This document shows, piece after piece, positions 10,595 through 23,327 of a DNA stretch of 64,000 nucleotides. Positions within the stretch are counted from its first letter, which is position 1; the number at the start of each line of letters is the position of its first letter. The DNA is from Paraspadella gotoi (taxonomy: Eukaryota > Animalia > Chaetognatha). The notes beneath the pieces were generated by a model, which was not told the origin of the DNA, did no database searches, and saw only the letters and a program-made list of their open reading frames with translations. The DNA is taken from NCBI GenBank assembly GCA_051294375.1, contig CM119270.1:10252808-10316807 (forward strand). Direction: 5' to 3'. The position numbers and the translations under genes were made by a program.

Positions 10595-13500
10595 AAAACA
10601 AAAAGCACTCAAAAACGTATTTCAGGTTAGTTTACTTCGTAGATTCATTCTTTTTGATTCATTTTTTGTCTATTCTAGTCGCTAAAGACCCTCAAACCCG
10701 CTTACAAGATTTATCTGCCCCATCTGAATCACCGTGTAGAGTCATATCTGCTTCATCTCTTCGCAAAACCAACGCAGGATCGGTTAAAGCGAAAACAAGG
10801 GCGTCCGAGAGATAAGACCCAAAGGAGAGGGACGTCCGTTTTGGGCATAGTGGGATTCATCACGGGACGCTTACACCATACCAATAACTTACCCACTTGT
10901 TAAATTTTCCTTTTCCTAACTTTTTACATACTTTGCTTCTGTTGCCTTCTTTCTCTTCCCTCCAATTCTTCATCTTTGATTCTCTTTTCCACCTCCTCTC
11001 TCTTCTATTTCCCTCTTCCCTGCCGATGCTCTTTTCTTCCTCCCTACCTCCCTTCCTCCTCCTCCTCCTCCTCCTTCTCCACAAGTTCCTTCGTTGTCCC
11101 GCCAAATGCCATGGGGTGGATCCCTCCCCGAGTAATGAGCGAGATGGAGGGGGGAAGGAGGAACGAGCGCTCCATTGGACCATCAGCGCTCCCCCCCTTC
11201 TCCTCCACCTTTTGACTCTCTCTCTCTCTCTCTCTNNNNNNNNNNNNNNNNNNNNNNNNNNNNNNNNNNNNNNNNNNNNNNNNNNNNNNNNNNNNNNNNN
11301 NNNNNNNNNNNNNNNNNNNNNNNNNNNNNNNNNNNNNNNNNNNNNNNNNNNNNNNNNNNNNNNNNCCACACACACACAAAAAACCGCCAATTGCCATTCG
11401 GCGTCGTCGCCAATTGCCATCGCGACCGACGCTCGAAACGGCGTCTCTTTTTTTCTTCTTTTATATTTTCTGTCTCTTTGCTTTTTTCCTTTTTTTTGGG
11501 TGAATTTGTTATAAGATATAAAGAATCACCAGATTCCGGGGTCGANNNNNNNNNNNNNNNNNNNNNNNNNNNNNNNNNNNNNNNNNNNNNNNNNNNNNNN
11601 NNNNNNNNNNNNNNNNNNNNNNNNNNNNNNNNNNNNNNNNNNNNNNNNNNNNNNNNNNNNNNNNNNNNNNNNNNNNNNNNNNNNNNNNNNNNNNNNNNNN
11701 NNNNNNNNNNNNNNNNNNNNNNNAAAAAGGTTCCCACACTGTTATTTCGACGGCATATGGTGCAAGAGCCCATCGGTGGGAGTGTCGCCCCGCGGTCGAC
11801 GCGCTTCGCCTTAGATTCATTTGTGTGTCGCGTCTAATTGGTCAACGCCTTTGATTCATTAAGATATTCGGTGACGATCGGCGATCGACTTTTCAGTAAT
11901 TTCTTTTTTCCCTTTTTTTCTTGTCCTTTTTACTTTCTCCNNNNNNNNNNTCTTATCCTAATTATCCGGTCTTAATTTATTCCTATTTTTTCCCCAATTC
12001 CTGATATATTCTTCTTATCATATTTTGTTCCTTCCTTTTTCCCCCCTTTTATTTCATATTTATTTTTCTCCTCATTTTCTTCATTCTTTCTCGCGCCCTA
12101 ACAGTCTCTGTCTCTCCCTATCTTTTTATTCTTATCTCTCTCCTTCTCACTATCTCTCTCTCTATTCTTCTCTCTTTTCTCTCTTTGCCCTTCCTCTCCT
12201 CTCTCTCTCTCCGTTCTTCTCTCTGCCCAAACGTCATCATTTCTGCTTTGCGTCTGTCACGAAGCAAAAGTAAAAACGGAGGCGCGACTCATTAATTTTG
12301 ATAAAAGTGACGCGGGATGAGGCGTCGGCGTCGCGTGTCGGCAGAGACCCGGCGGAAGGTCGCCGCGATGCCGTCGGAGAATTAGCACAGGTTTTGAACG
12401 TCGACGATGCAACGGCAATGCTGGCGTTGTCGTTACCTGGCGATTGTGTGTCTGGAAACACTGAACGTCTTCAGTGTTTTCAAAATCTCCGCGATGTCAG
12501 CCAAATATAAACTTAGAGTCTATTGTCGGCAATAAGTCGGTCCCGATCTCCTTCTTTCATTTCATTTTTGCTCAGAATTTCCTTTGCTCCCTGACTCTGT
12601 CTCTATCACTGTGGGTCCCTCACCCTTCTTTATCTCTGCCACACATTCCTCGCTCGTTTTTCTTCTCTCCTTTCTACCCCCCACACTTCTTTTTATTCCC
12701 GCCACTCTCTCTCCAGCTTTTTTTTCTCCTCCGCCTTCTCGTTGGCGATATTCCACAAGTGTATAAGTCAAAATTGGCTAAAACGTGAAATAATTCGCCT
12801 TTTGAGAAGGAAAAAAAANNNNNNNNNNNNNNNNNNNNNNNNNNNNNNNNNNNNNNNNNNNNNNNNNNNNNNNNNNNNNNNNNNNNNNNNNNNNNNNNNN
12901 NNNNNNNNNNNNNNNNNNNNNNNNNNNNNNNNNNNNNNNNNNNNNNNNNNNNNNNNNNNNNNNNNNNNNNNNNNNNNNNNNNNNNNNNNNNNNNNNNNNN
13001 NNNNNNNNNNNNNNNNNNNNNNNNNNNNNNNNNNNNNNNNNNNNNNNNAGACAAAAAAAAGAATAGAAATAAAAATGATTGAATTATAAGATAATGAAAG
13101 AAAGAATTCACGCGTGAGTGAATGAACGAAGGATCTAATGAAAATATATAAAAAGAAAAGAAGTCGCTGGAGCGAACGAGACATTTTTCACTAAGTTATA
13201 TTGATATCCGAGAACCCAAGGACCGTCTGTTCGAATGAAAGAAAAAGAAAGAAAAAAANNNNNNNNNNNNNNNNNNNNNNNNNNNNNNNNNNNNNNNNNN
13301 NNNNNNNNNNNNNNNNNNNNNNNNNNNNNNNNNNNNNNNNNNNNNNNNNNNNNNNNNNNNNNNNNNNNNNNNNNNNNNNNNNNNNNNNNNNNNNNNNNNN
13401 NNNNNNNNNNNNNNNNNNNNNNNNNNNNNNNNNNNNNNNNNNNNNNNNNNNNNNNNNNNNNNNNNNNNNNNNNNNNNNNNNNNNNNNNNNNNNNNNNNNN

Positions 13501-13689
13501 NNNNNNNNNNNNNNNNNNNNNNNNNNNNNNNNNNNNNNNNNNNNNNNNNNNNNNNNNNNNNNNNNNNNNNNNNNNNNNNNNNNNNNNNNNNNNNNNNNNN
13601 NNNNNNNNNNNNNNNNNTCTTTCTTTATTTCTTTCTCTTGATTTCCCGATTCGCTATTTTGCTTCGACAAAAGAAATGTTTTGATTTTC

Positions 13690-13835
13690 TTTCTTGCTTT
13701 CTTTCTTTCGTTCTTTCTCTCTTTTTTCTTTCTTTCTTTTTTCTTTCTTTTGTTTTTTTTCCCTTTTTTCTTGCTTTCTTTCTTTTTTTTTTCTTTCTTT
13801 CTTTCTTTCTTTTTTTCTTTCTTTCTTTCTTTTTT

Positions 13836-13923
<88 letters not shown>

Positions 13924-13925
13924 TT
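13690..13925. repeat. (TTTC)n microsatellite
   Basis: Imperfect, then perfect, TTTC array. It explains the Phe/Leu/Ser-rich ORFs at 13638-14076. Confidence 0.95.
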
Positions 13926-15756
13926 TCTATTCCTCTTTCTTGCCCCTTTTCTTTATTTCCCCTTTTTTTCTTTCTTCCCTGTTTTTCTGATCCCGCTCCG
14001 ATGTGGAGGAAGCCAAGGACTTGAAGGCCTCATAAATCTGTCAATTTGGTTTCTCTTATTTCGGCGAAGAATTTAATCAGAGATGCAGCCAAACTCGTGT
14101 ATCAGAACAAATTTTTTTTGCGCGCTCAGTAAGAATGGAGAAATAAAACTTAAAATATAGAAAAAAAAAAACAAACAGACAAATCTTTAGATTTTGAAAA
14201 AATTTAACGGATTAATGTTTTAAAAAATATAACTTGTTAGTCTTGTATGAATAATATGTAGAAGTAAAACTAAATCAAAGAAATCAGGGAAACCGATAAT
14301 TAAAAAAAAATAAATAAGAAAAAAAGGGAGAATTATTTCTGACCTTCCCTCCTCGGTGGGAGAACACATAATAATAATCCCGTTCATCCAACGAAAAGAA
14401 AGAGAGGCGGAGACATATTTCATACAGAGAGGAGTAGAGGAAAGGGAGAGAGAGGGGGATGAAGGTGGAGAGGAGAGGGAGGAGAAGGAGAGGAGAGGAG
14501 ACGGGGAAGAGGGAGAGGGAGAGAGAGGGGAAGTGAGAGAGAGAGAGAGGAGAGGGAGGAGGAGAGGAGAGAGAGGGAGGAGGAGAGAGAGGGGAGAGAG
14601 AGGAGGAGAGAGAGAGGAGAGGAGGACGGAGGGAGGAAGAGAGAAGAACGAGGAGAGGGAGAGAGAGAGGGAAAAGAGAGAGAACGAATGAGAGGGGAGA
14701 GGAGGAGGGGGAAAAGAAAATCGAATTTTCTTCAGAAATTTGAGGAGACTCCGTTGCGACGATTATTTTCACGGGGTTTTAGATTTTTACGAAAATTATG
14801 TTTCGACTTGGATGAGAGGGTGAGCGGGTAAGGAAAAAGCGGAGAGTTGGGGGACGTGGATGGAAAGAGAAAAACACCGCAGCGCCATTCTTCGAAAATT
14901 CAAACGCCAAAATTCGAAAAACAGAGAAAAAAGATGAGACGAAGGAGATAAGTCGGAAAAAAAAGAAAAATAGAAATTAATAAAAAACGTTGGGAAAAAA
15001 AATAGATTGAGGACGCCGCTTTCCGATATATTCGGAAGAGGAAAAACTAAAAGAATCAGACTCATTTTAAAAATGGGAAAGAAGGGAAAAAAGGTGAAGA
15101 AGAATCCAAAGATTGGAAAGAAAAAAGGAAGTTGTGGGAGAGACTTGAATATTTCAATTCTACGAGGATGAAAATGTTTAAATTGTTATTAATATAAATA
15201 AACAGGGAAACAATTCTGATATCTAGTTTTTATCGAGCACTCGAAACAGATTTGAAAAGCAAGTAACAATTGAATGCTCTCTTTAAGAAAAAAACTTTCA
15301 TTATTAAAATTATAAATTGGGAGGAGGGAGCGATGTGGGAGAGAGATAAACACCACGAAAGGACATACAAGAGAGAGGAGAAGGAAAAAAATTGGGAGCA
15401 GGAGATGAAAGTTCCCTCCCACAGAATATTAAAACTTCGTCGAGAAACTTGTGGCGTGACGAAGAAGGATTGGCAAAGCAATTTCTATTTGGGGAACTGA
15501 GAGAATAGACGGAGAGCGAGAGGAAGAGAGAGAGTAGAGAGAAAGAGAGAGAAAGAGAGAGAGGAGGAGCAGAGATGGACAAGTGGGAGATGAGAGAGAG
15601 AGAGGTGGAGATGAGAGATGAGAGAGAGAGACGATGAGAGAGATGAGAGAGGAGGAGAGTTATTCTTGGACGGCCAACGCTTAACTTCTTTCTTCGTAAT
15701 AATTCAACGAATGCCAACTTTGGCGTTAACCCCAAATTACAAGAAATTCATTAAAA

Positions 15757-16737
15757 AAAGTGAGCAAAAATGTCGGGTTTCTGCCCACGATCAATTATAT
15801 ATAGATTAAATTAATAATTAATTCAAGTTAAATTAATTAATTAGGCCCCAATAATTAATTAATGTTGTTTTTTAGGTCTTTTTCGTCACCTAACCTTGAG
15901 CAAAAGCAAATGACGACGATGAGAAATAATGCCGATAACGATTTGACTGATATTGATTGGTTGAATAAATTTAATTAATAGATAATAACTTTGGATTGAT
16001 TTTATTGAAATAAGTATTTATTGATTAATTGACTGTTTAAATTAATTATTGATTAAAATTAATTGGACTAATTATTAACTAATTAATTATTTATATTATA
16101 TACATCTTGGCATTTACATTTAATTATTAAAAATAAATTAAAAGTATAATCATTAAACAAATAGTGAAACAGGTTTTTTCGTTTTCCATTTTCAAAACCT
16201 CTCATTTCCACTTCAAACGTTCCATCGAAAGATTTGATTTCCAGTTAATCACACACTTTTCCTACCCAAAATACAAATTTCAAGTCAAGCGCCCCATCCA
16301 CTCATGAGTAAATTGTGTTTTCAAATGAGAAGAAAATATATTTATTTTGTTTTCCATTAAACCTCATTTCCACTTTTGGACGATTTTCCAATCGAGACTT
16401 CATATCCAGCGCTCAATCACACACTTCCTTCTACCCACACACAAAATTTTCATTCCAATCCATTCCATCAATTTTCACGAGTAATTTGGGGTTTTTGCTA
16501 AGGTGGGACAGACGAACGGACGGACGGACAGGATATGGACGGACACCATTACAGACGACAGACAGACAGATGGAGGAGGACATTCATTTTTTTTTTTTTG
16601 CATAATTTATCATAATTCGATGTTCTGACATGATATAAGTTGAATGGCACGACAAGATTTGAGGGGGCCGGACCGAGAGGACCGACAAAGTGAATTATAG
16701 AGTTCGGGAATCTTTTTGCTGAAGGCAGATACCGACT
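15757..16737 (-). mobile_element. HINE/DINE-1-like element, short variant (indel-rich duplicate of 33472-34393)
   Basis: Same termini as the other copies (tgagcaaaaatgtcgggtttctgcccacg ... gcagataccgact), TAAT tracts, two core repeats and an ACGG/ACAG tract. The flanks match those of the 33.5-kb copy, so this is the same insertion site. Confidence 0.78.
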
Positions 16738-18717
16738 AAAAAAAAGAAGTTTGAATCCCACACACCATATTTTGTTATCTGAGTTCGTTGCGATTAACCA
16801 GATTTATGACCTTCTATTCGTCCTCCTCCTCTTCCTCCTCTTCCTTTCCTCACAACTTTTAATCGGATTAAAAAATTTTCTCCCGAAATGAAACCTGTGG
16901 TTCCATCTCGAGTCTCGTGGAAAAACCGAGAAAAATCACGGAGGTGGTGTTTGTTAACTGAACGAGAGAGAGAGAGACGGACCGAGGAGCAGGAGAGAGA
17001 GAGAGAGAGAGGGATGAGAGAAGGAGAGAGGAGAGAGAGAGAGAGAGAAGAGAGGAGATAGAGAGGAGGAGTGAGTTGAGACCGGGGCCCCTGGAGGCTC
17101 CAAACCGAAATGGATGCAACATCATGAAGGAGGATTTGGAGAAAGAAGCTCAGAGATTCGAAAGAAAAACTCCTCAGCCTTCCAATCAAAAAGGGATTCA
17201 CGACACTCTCTTCTCCCCTCTCTCTCTCTTTCTAGCTCCGCGGTCTCGCTCTTCTATCCTCGCAATCGATTGATCCCCAAAAATCCGCGAAAGAAGATTG
17301 TTTTCTCGTTTGGAACTTCGTCGATGAAGAGGATTCAATGATGTTCATATAATCGAGGGTCGGGGGGATTTTGGCTTTTGGAGGAGGGAGAGAGTAGGGG
17401 TCGGGAAGGAGGAGAGAGTAAGGGGTCGGGAACGGGAATTTTTTTTTCGATTTTTCCAAGAAAATGTAGGGAAGGTTTTTGGGATCAGAGCAAAAAAATA
17501 ATTACCTGATCGAATGTTTTTTTTTGTTTTTTTTTTTTGATTCCCATAACCAAGAACTTACTCACCCAAAGAGATTATATTTTTAAAACTACATCTTTGA
17601 AGATCGAAAGAAAAGGACGCGGTGAAAAAAAAAAAGAGGAATTGAAAAACATGTTGAAAATTTCATTAAATACCAAAGCTGAAAACTATAGCTAAGACAA
17701 CATTCGAGGTCAAATAACGATTTGCGAATAAAAAAATTTAAAAAAAAGCATTATGGTCTGATGAAGATGCGAGAATATCGACGGACGAGGACGACGACGA
17801 TGACGACGACGTACGATTAAGACGACCGTCTCGAGACACGAGTTCTTCCGCCCCGACGCCGTTATGGACACGCCATAACGCGATTTCAGAGATAGAGAGG
17901 GAGAGAGAGATGATGAGAGAGAGAGAGAGCAGGAGAGTGAGAGAGGAAGAAGAGGAGAAGAGAGAGAGAGATGGACGAGGAGATGATCGTGAGAGGAAAG
18001 AGGAGAGAGAGGAGAGACGTCATAACCAAGGCTAAAGTCTCCCTTAATTTAGTTCTGTTCTATTATTTGCAAGAAATGAAATCCATTGTTTCATTCCGCT
18101 TTTTGTAATAAAAATTCCTCTTTTTCTTTTTCTTTTTTTCTTTTCCTCGTTTTCATTCTTTCCTACTTCCCCTTAATTACTCTCGTCCACCTCAAAGAGA
18201 ATTTCTATCCTAAACTGTGCGGCCACGTCAATCGAGCGACCCCGGGAGACCCCCCCTCTCGCCCAGAGTCCCTTCGGTCCAAACCCGAATCCCGAAACCC
18301 TCTCCCCCTCTTTCTCGTCAGTTCTTGGACGCTTTGCCATTCGTCAGCCGATAGATTGTCAAGCTCTCTTCGCGCCGGTCTGTTGACTTGGCGTTTACGC
18401 TTTTTAGGGGGGCGGGGAGAGAAGACGGCGAGTGTCGGGCGGCGGCGGCATCAGTCCACCGGAAGTTGCGCGATGAAGTTTTTTTTTAATGACGCCGACG
18501 ATTTGGAGCCCCGAACGGTTTTAGCGGCTGGCGATGGAAAACCGAGACAAAATTAGAAAAAAATATTGGCGGTGGAGAAAAACGAAAGTCTCACAAATTA
18601 TGAATACGAGACCAATTTAGAGGGTTATTTCATTTAGAACTGATTAGATTAGTATATTTCAACTCGCTTTCAATCATAATATTTGAATATGGTGGTTGTT
18701 GAAGCAAAGGAAAGATA

Positions 18718-18769
<52 letters not shown>

Positions 18770-19274
18770 AGGAGAGAGAGATCGATGAGAGAGAGAGAGA
18801 GAGGGAATGAGAGTAGACCGATGGGAGACGGTACTAAAAATTATGACATTCATGTCATCATCTAATCATGCAAGAGAAGCGGAAAAGACACAAACTGTAT
18901 AGGGCCGATGGTTCGAAACGTGATATGCGGGCAGTGTCCTTGGACAGTAGTTGAAAGACGAGAGAGTGGAGAAAGAAGGAGAGAGAGAGAGAAACGAGGA
19001 TAGACGAGAAGAGAGAGAGAGAGAAGAGAGAGAAACATTGAAATAGGAGAGTAACTGAAATATATGAGAACGGATAAACACGCAACTCTCTCTCTCTCTC
19101 TCTTCTCTCTCTCTTTCCCTCTCTCCAGATGAAATATCCGTGTTATGTTTCTTAGACGCCTCAAAATCAGACTTTCTCGTGTTGCTTTTCTTTGTCGCTT
19201 TTTGGCCTCAAGGACGAGGAAGACGAACAACCCACGACGACGACGACGACGACGACGACAGGACGACAAGACGA

Positions 19275-20205
19275 CAGCGAACATCAAAAAAAAGTTAAAG
19301 TTATGATAAAGTTAGTTAATACGTTGTCAGACCACTATTTGCTTCCCAGCCACCACCTCCCTGCACAATGAAGGGAGAGGTTGTAGGGCTGCCACAAAAT
19401 ATGAAGGGTTCAGCTCCCCAATTCATTTTAAATTTTTTAGAATTTGTTGACTGTATGGCGTTATACTGTTAAATATCCCTTTTCATCCTTGACCAACATT
19501 TTTGATGAAATTGGCAGTCAGGTAGTTTCCGCGGCCAACTTTGAGCACTCGATCCCATTTTCCTCATGACATTTTTGAGTGGTTTTAGCTTTGTATCCAA
19601 GAGCTCTATCCTCCATGAAAAGCGCCATTCACTGTTGAAAGACTGGCAAACACTTCCTCTTCTCTCCATTTTTTTTCTTAACTGGCTTACAGAAACCTTA
19701 CAATCTTGAATTGCGAGACTATCACGTCATCGTTCTCACTTCTCCGTTGGATATGCAAGCCGCCTGCTTCAACAGCTGTCCAAGGTGTCCAGTTGCTTCA
19801 ATTAGTTGACAACTCTTGCAGATTGGTTGTTAGAAGGGAAATAAAACTGTCTGGCGATCCTATATCTTGACAAAACCCCCCTTCCAAATCTCAACTATGC
19901 AGCTTTTCCTTTTGAGGCATCAGCTGTTTTGAAGTTTCCATGGTAAAAAAACACAAAAAAAACAAAAAAACAAGTGGATAAAAAAATTTTTCTACAAAAA
20001 AAAGGAATTTTAAGACAATTTTTTGATTTTCCTTTTTTTTTATTTTAGCACAGCTTCTATAATATTTAGCTATAAAAACCTCTGTCATGGGCCGGATGAA
20101 AGATATTTTATTTTTTAATAAAAATTTATTTTTAAATTAATAGGACGACAGACAAGGAGATAGTAGGGAGTTTCAAAGTTTAAACTTTTTTTGAAGGCAG
20201 ATCTG
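19275..20205 (-). mobile_element. Internally deleted Tc1/mariner-superfamily DNA transposon relic (duplicate copy)
   Basis: Reverse complement of 23328-24253. The transposase relic lies at 19316-19941 and the ends carry degenerate terminal repeats CAG..TCAAAAAAAGTT(T)AAA. Confidence 0.7.
19316..19941 (-). pseudogene. Tc1-type (IS630-Tc1-mariner) transposase pseudogene
   Basis: Frameshifted copy of 23588-24209. The ORF track shows the fragments METSKQL and WP...PDC...WSRMKRDI. Confidence 0.8.
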
Positions 20206-20279
20206 TATTTAGCATTAGCCAGATTATAATGATAACTACCATGAAAAAGGGTTTTAGTCAAAAAAATGGGCGAGGAGGC

Positions 20280-20481
20280 GTCAACGTCGATGTCTCCCTC
20301 ATTCGCCGTCAACGTCGATGTCATCCTCATCTCGCGCCCCATCCAACATCGATGTATTCCCATTCGCGTTAACGTCAATGTATTCTCATAAATCGCTATT
20401 AACGTCGATGTCTTTCTCATTCTCGCATACGTCGATGTCATTCTCATCACGCTGTCAACGTCCGATGTCATTCTCATCTCC
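20280..20481. repeat. 29-bp tandem array (indel-rich inverted copy of 23054-23255)
   Basis: tcaacgtcgatgtcattctcatctcgcc-like units repeat in tandem. Confidence 0.88.
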
Positions 20482-20614
20482 AAAAACCAATTTTCCAGTT
20501 TTACGCCAACTTTTTTTGTTTCTTTTATTTTATTTTTTTTTTTTTTTTTTTTTGGAGGGCTTTTTTTTTGTTTCGGCTTGAAATTGGAAACCGAGGGGTG
20601 CGTCCTCTCTCTTT

Positions 20615-20651
<37 letters not shown>

Positions 20652-20698
20652 CTCTCTCTCTCTCTCTCTCTCTNNNNNNNNNNNNNNNNNNNNNNNNN

Positions 20699-20732
<34 letters not shown>

Positions 20733-21552
20733 TTCTCGCCTTGCATCGATCGCCCACGTCGAATTTTGGCGCGTTTCGTCGTAGAAAGATAGAGAAGGAG
20801 AGAAAGAAGGAAAGACAAACCGAGGGAGACAGAAAGACGCGGAAACTGGTCCTTTTTTTTCTCAATCGATAAATTAAATCGAAGAGAAATACGATCGGGA
20901 ACAATTGAGGCAAAGTATTTGTATTGATTCTATTTTCTTCTAAAAATGAGGAAGAGGAGAAGGAGGAGGGTAGGACGATGAGGAGGAAGAGGAGAAGGAG
21001 GAGGAAGCGGATGAAAAAATTAGGAGGAAAAAATAAAGGAGAAAGATTTAGAGTTGACACTCTTTGTCTCCGTGGGGTCTCTCTTTGTCCCCTCGACGAA
21101 CCCCGAGGGTGGGAGTCAATCTTCCCAATCCAGTTTTTTTTTTATTTTGTTTAGTTTTTAATTTAAAAGTTAAAAAAAGTTCATTCTTTTGATACATTGA
21201 AGGACAGTAAATCTTGGATTGGGAAAGATCGAATGACGGGTTTCGATCGCGCCCCCTTCTCTCCCCCCTGAGTTTCATTAGCTCGAGAATTAACTCGAAA
21301 GAAGGGACGCGTTATTTATTACTCCTGAAGTTATTTATTACTAATGACATGATTTATAGTTTTCCTTTACATGTTTTTTTGAGGTGGGAGATAAAAGAAA
21401 TTCGGACGTGGCTCTGGCGAGACGAATAACTCTGACATCATTATTTTAAGTTGAGTATAAGTGATGCAAGTTAGTGTGAGACATCATACGTCAATGGTTG
21501 TTTGCTTATGGCTATTATCATTTTCTCAATCAAAGCAAAACTGAATTTTATT

Positions 21553-21935
21553 CTCCTAATTCTGATTCCACTGATTCTCCTGATTTGCATATTCTTCTAG
21601 TTTTTTTCATTCTCTTCATTCTGTTTTTTTTTTTCTATCTCAATATCATCGTTCTCCTTATTCTTTTAATTCTCCTTGTTCTCTTCCTTCTCTTCCTTCT
21701 CTTCCTTCTCCTCATTTTCTTCATTCTCTTCATTATCTTCCTTATATTCATTCTCCTTTTTCTCTTTCTTCTCTTTCTTCTCTTCATTATCATCATTCTC
21801 TTCCTTTTCTTCATTCACTTCATTAGCTTCCTTCTCTTCAGTCTCATCATTCTTTTCCTTCTCTTCATTCTCTTCGATCTCGTTGTTCTCCTATTTCTCC
21901 TGACTTTCTTAATTCTCCTCGTTCTCCTTATTCTC
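21553..21935. repeat. Degenerate 9-bp minisatellite (cattctctt/ccttctcct)n
   Basis: The 9-nt periodicity is visible throughout. It explains the hydrophobic ORF 21498-21992. Confidence 0.8.
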
Positions 21936-22847
21936 GTCGGATCAAATCGAGCGCCGCCTCCTCCGTCGTTTTCGCCAAAACATGACAGGTAAACAACGCC
22001 GCCGCCGCGCCGCCGCCGCCGCCCGCGCCGACGCAGCCGCCGCCCCCGCCCCAACCACCTCCCCCGGCCGCCCGTTTTAGCCAACCCGATCCCACCATAC
22101 CAATCCCCTTACCCCTCCCACTTCGAATGCACCCCCACTCCCCCCCATCCCCACTAAAATTTATCCGCCGGCCTCCATAAAAAAGTTGATGGCGTTTCCA
22201 TCGACGTTGCCGTCGGCGCCCGGTTCTCGCGACCGGCGTCGCTTTTTCGCTCTGGGTTTTCGTTCGACGCCGGTGATGGAACCATCATCGTTTCTGCGCG
22301 ACGTCGTCATCGGCGTCGTTGTCGTTGGGGTTGTTGTCGTCGTTGTCGTCATCTAGGGTACAACGATATTCTTGAGTCATGTTTTAGGAAACTCGACAAG
22401 CTACAATGACCTTGCGAGTTTTAACTAATAACAACTAACAGTATTAACAGCGAAAATAATAATATCTTATAATTCTTAAGTCTCAAAAAATATACCTTAT
22501 TTGTGTACCTATTTCAGTTTTTATTTTGAACCAGCCAGCCCCCGCTCAAGAAAATCAGCATTAATCTTTAAAGTTTATACCAAAAAAAATTACCAAAAAA
22601 ATAAAATTTAATCTTCGAACAAAAATAATTTTAAAATTTTTTTTCTGGGTTAAAAAAAAATTGTAAAAAAATGTTTGGAGTTTACTTGAGTCTTGAGTCT
22701 CGAGTCTCGAGGCCGTTGAACAGGAGGGGAGGAGTCTTCGTTCTGTTTATTGTTTATGGATATTCGCTTTTCTGGTTTTCCATCTCATTTTCGAAAGAGA
22801 GAGGGGGAAAGAAGAGAGAAGAGAGAGAGGAGAGAGAGAGAGAGCAG

Positions 22848-22930
<83 letters not shown>

Positions 22931-23053
22931 ACGCCACCTCGGTTTCCAATTTCAAGCCGAAAACAAAAAAAAGCCCCCCAAAAAAAAAAAAAAAAAAAAA
23001 ATAAAATAAAAAGAAACAAAAAAAAGTTGGCGTAAAACTGGAAAATTGGTTTT

Positions 23054-23255
23054 GAGATGAGAATGACATCGACGTTGACAGCGTGATGAGAATGACATCG
23101 ACGTTGATGGCGAGATGAGAATGACATCGACGTTAATGGCGAGATGAGAATGACATTGACGTTAACGGCGAGATGGGAATGACATCGATGTTGATGGCGA
23201 GATGAGGATGACATCGACGTTGACGGCGAGATGAGGATGACATCGACGTTGACGC
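23054..23255. repeat. 29-bp tandem array, 7 copies (gagatgagaatgacatcgacgttgatggc)
   Basis: Seven head-to-tail units with a few substitutions each and no spacers. Confidence 0.95.
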
Positions 23256-23327
23256 CTCCTCGCCCATTTTTTGACTAAAACCCTTTTTTCAGTGTAGTTA
23301 TCATTATAATCTGGCTAATGCTAAATA

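Larger units (their letters stand above)
14705..20673 (+). repeat. Arm A of inverted duplication 2
   Basis: 14705-19100 is the reverse complement of about 30950-35280, and 17070-20673 is the reverse complement of about 22800-26184. It is bounded by a purine tract (14425-14705) and by (CT)n plus a 25-N gap (20674-20698). Confidence 0.93.

Noticed and set aside
10860-13684. Long ORFs containing X runs
   Set aside because: They are open only because N gaps contain no stops. The same applies to X-containing ORFs elsewhere.
21498-21992. 164-aa hydrophobic 'membrane protein', and a VVFAK stretch near a GT donor resembling Meis AVFAKQ
   Set aside because: The ORF derives from a 9-bp pyrimidine minisatellite. 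The VVFAK frame hits TGA before the donor and lacks the rest of the HM motif.
23054-23255. CRISPR-like array (29-bp repeats)
   Set aside because: The units are head-to-tail with no unique spacers, there are no cas genes, and the context is eukaryotic.
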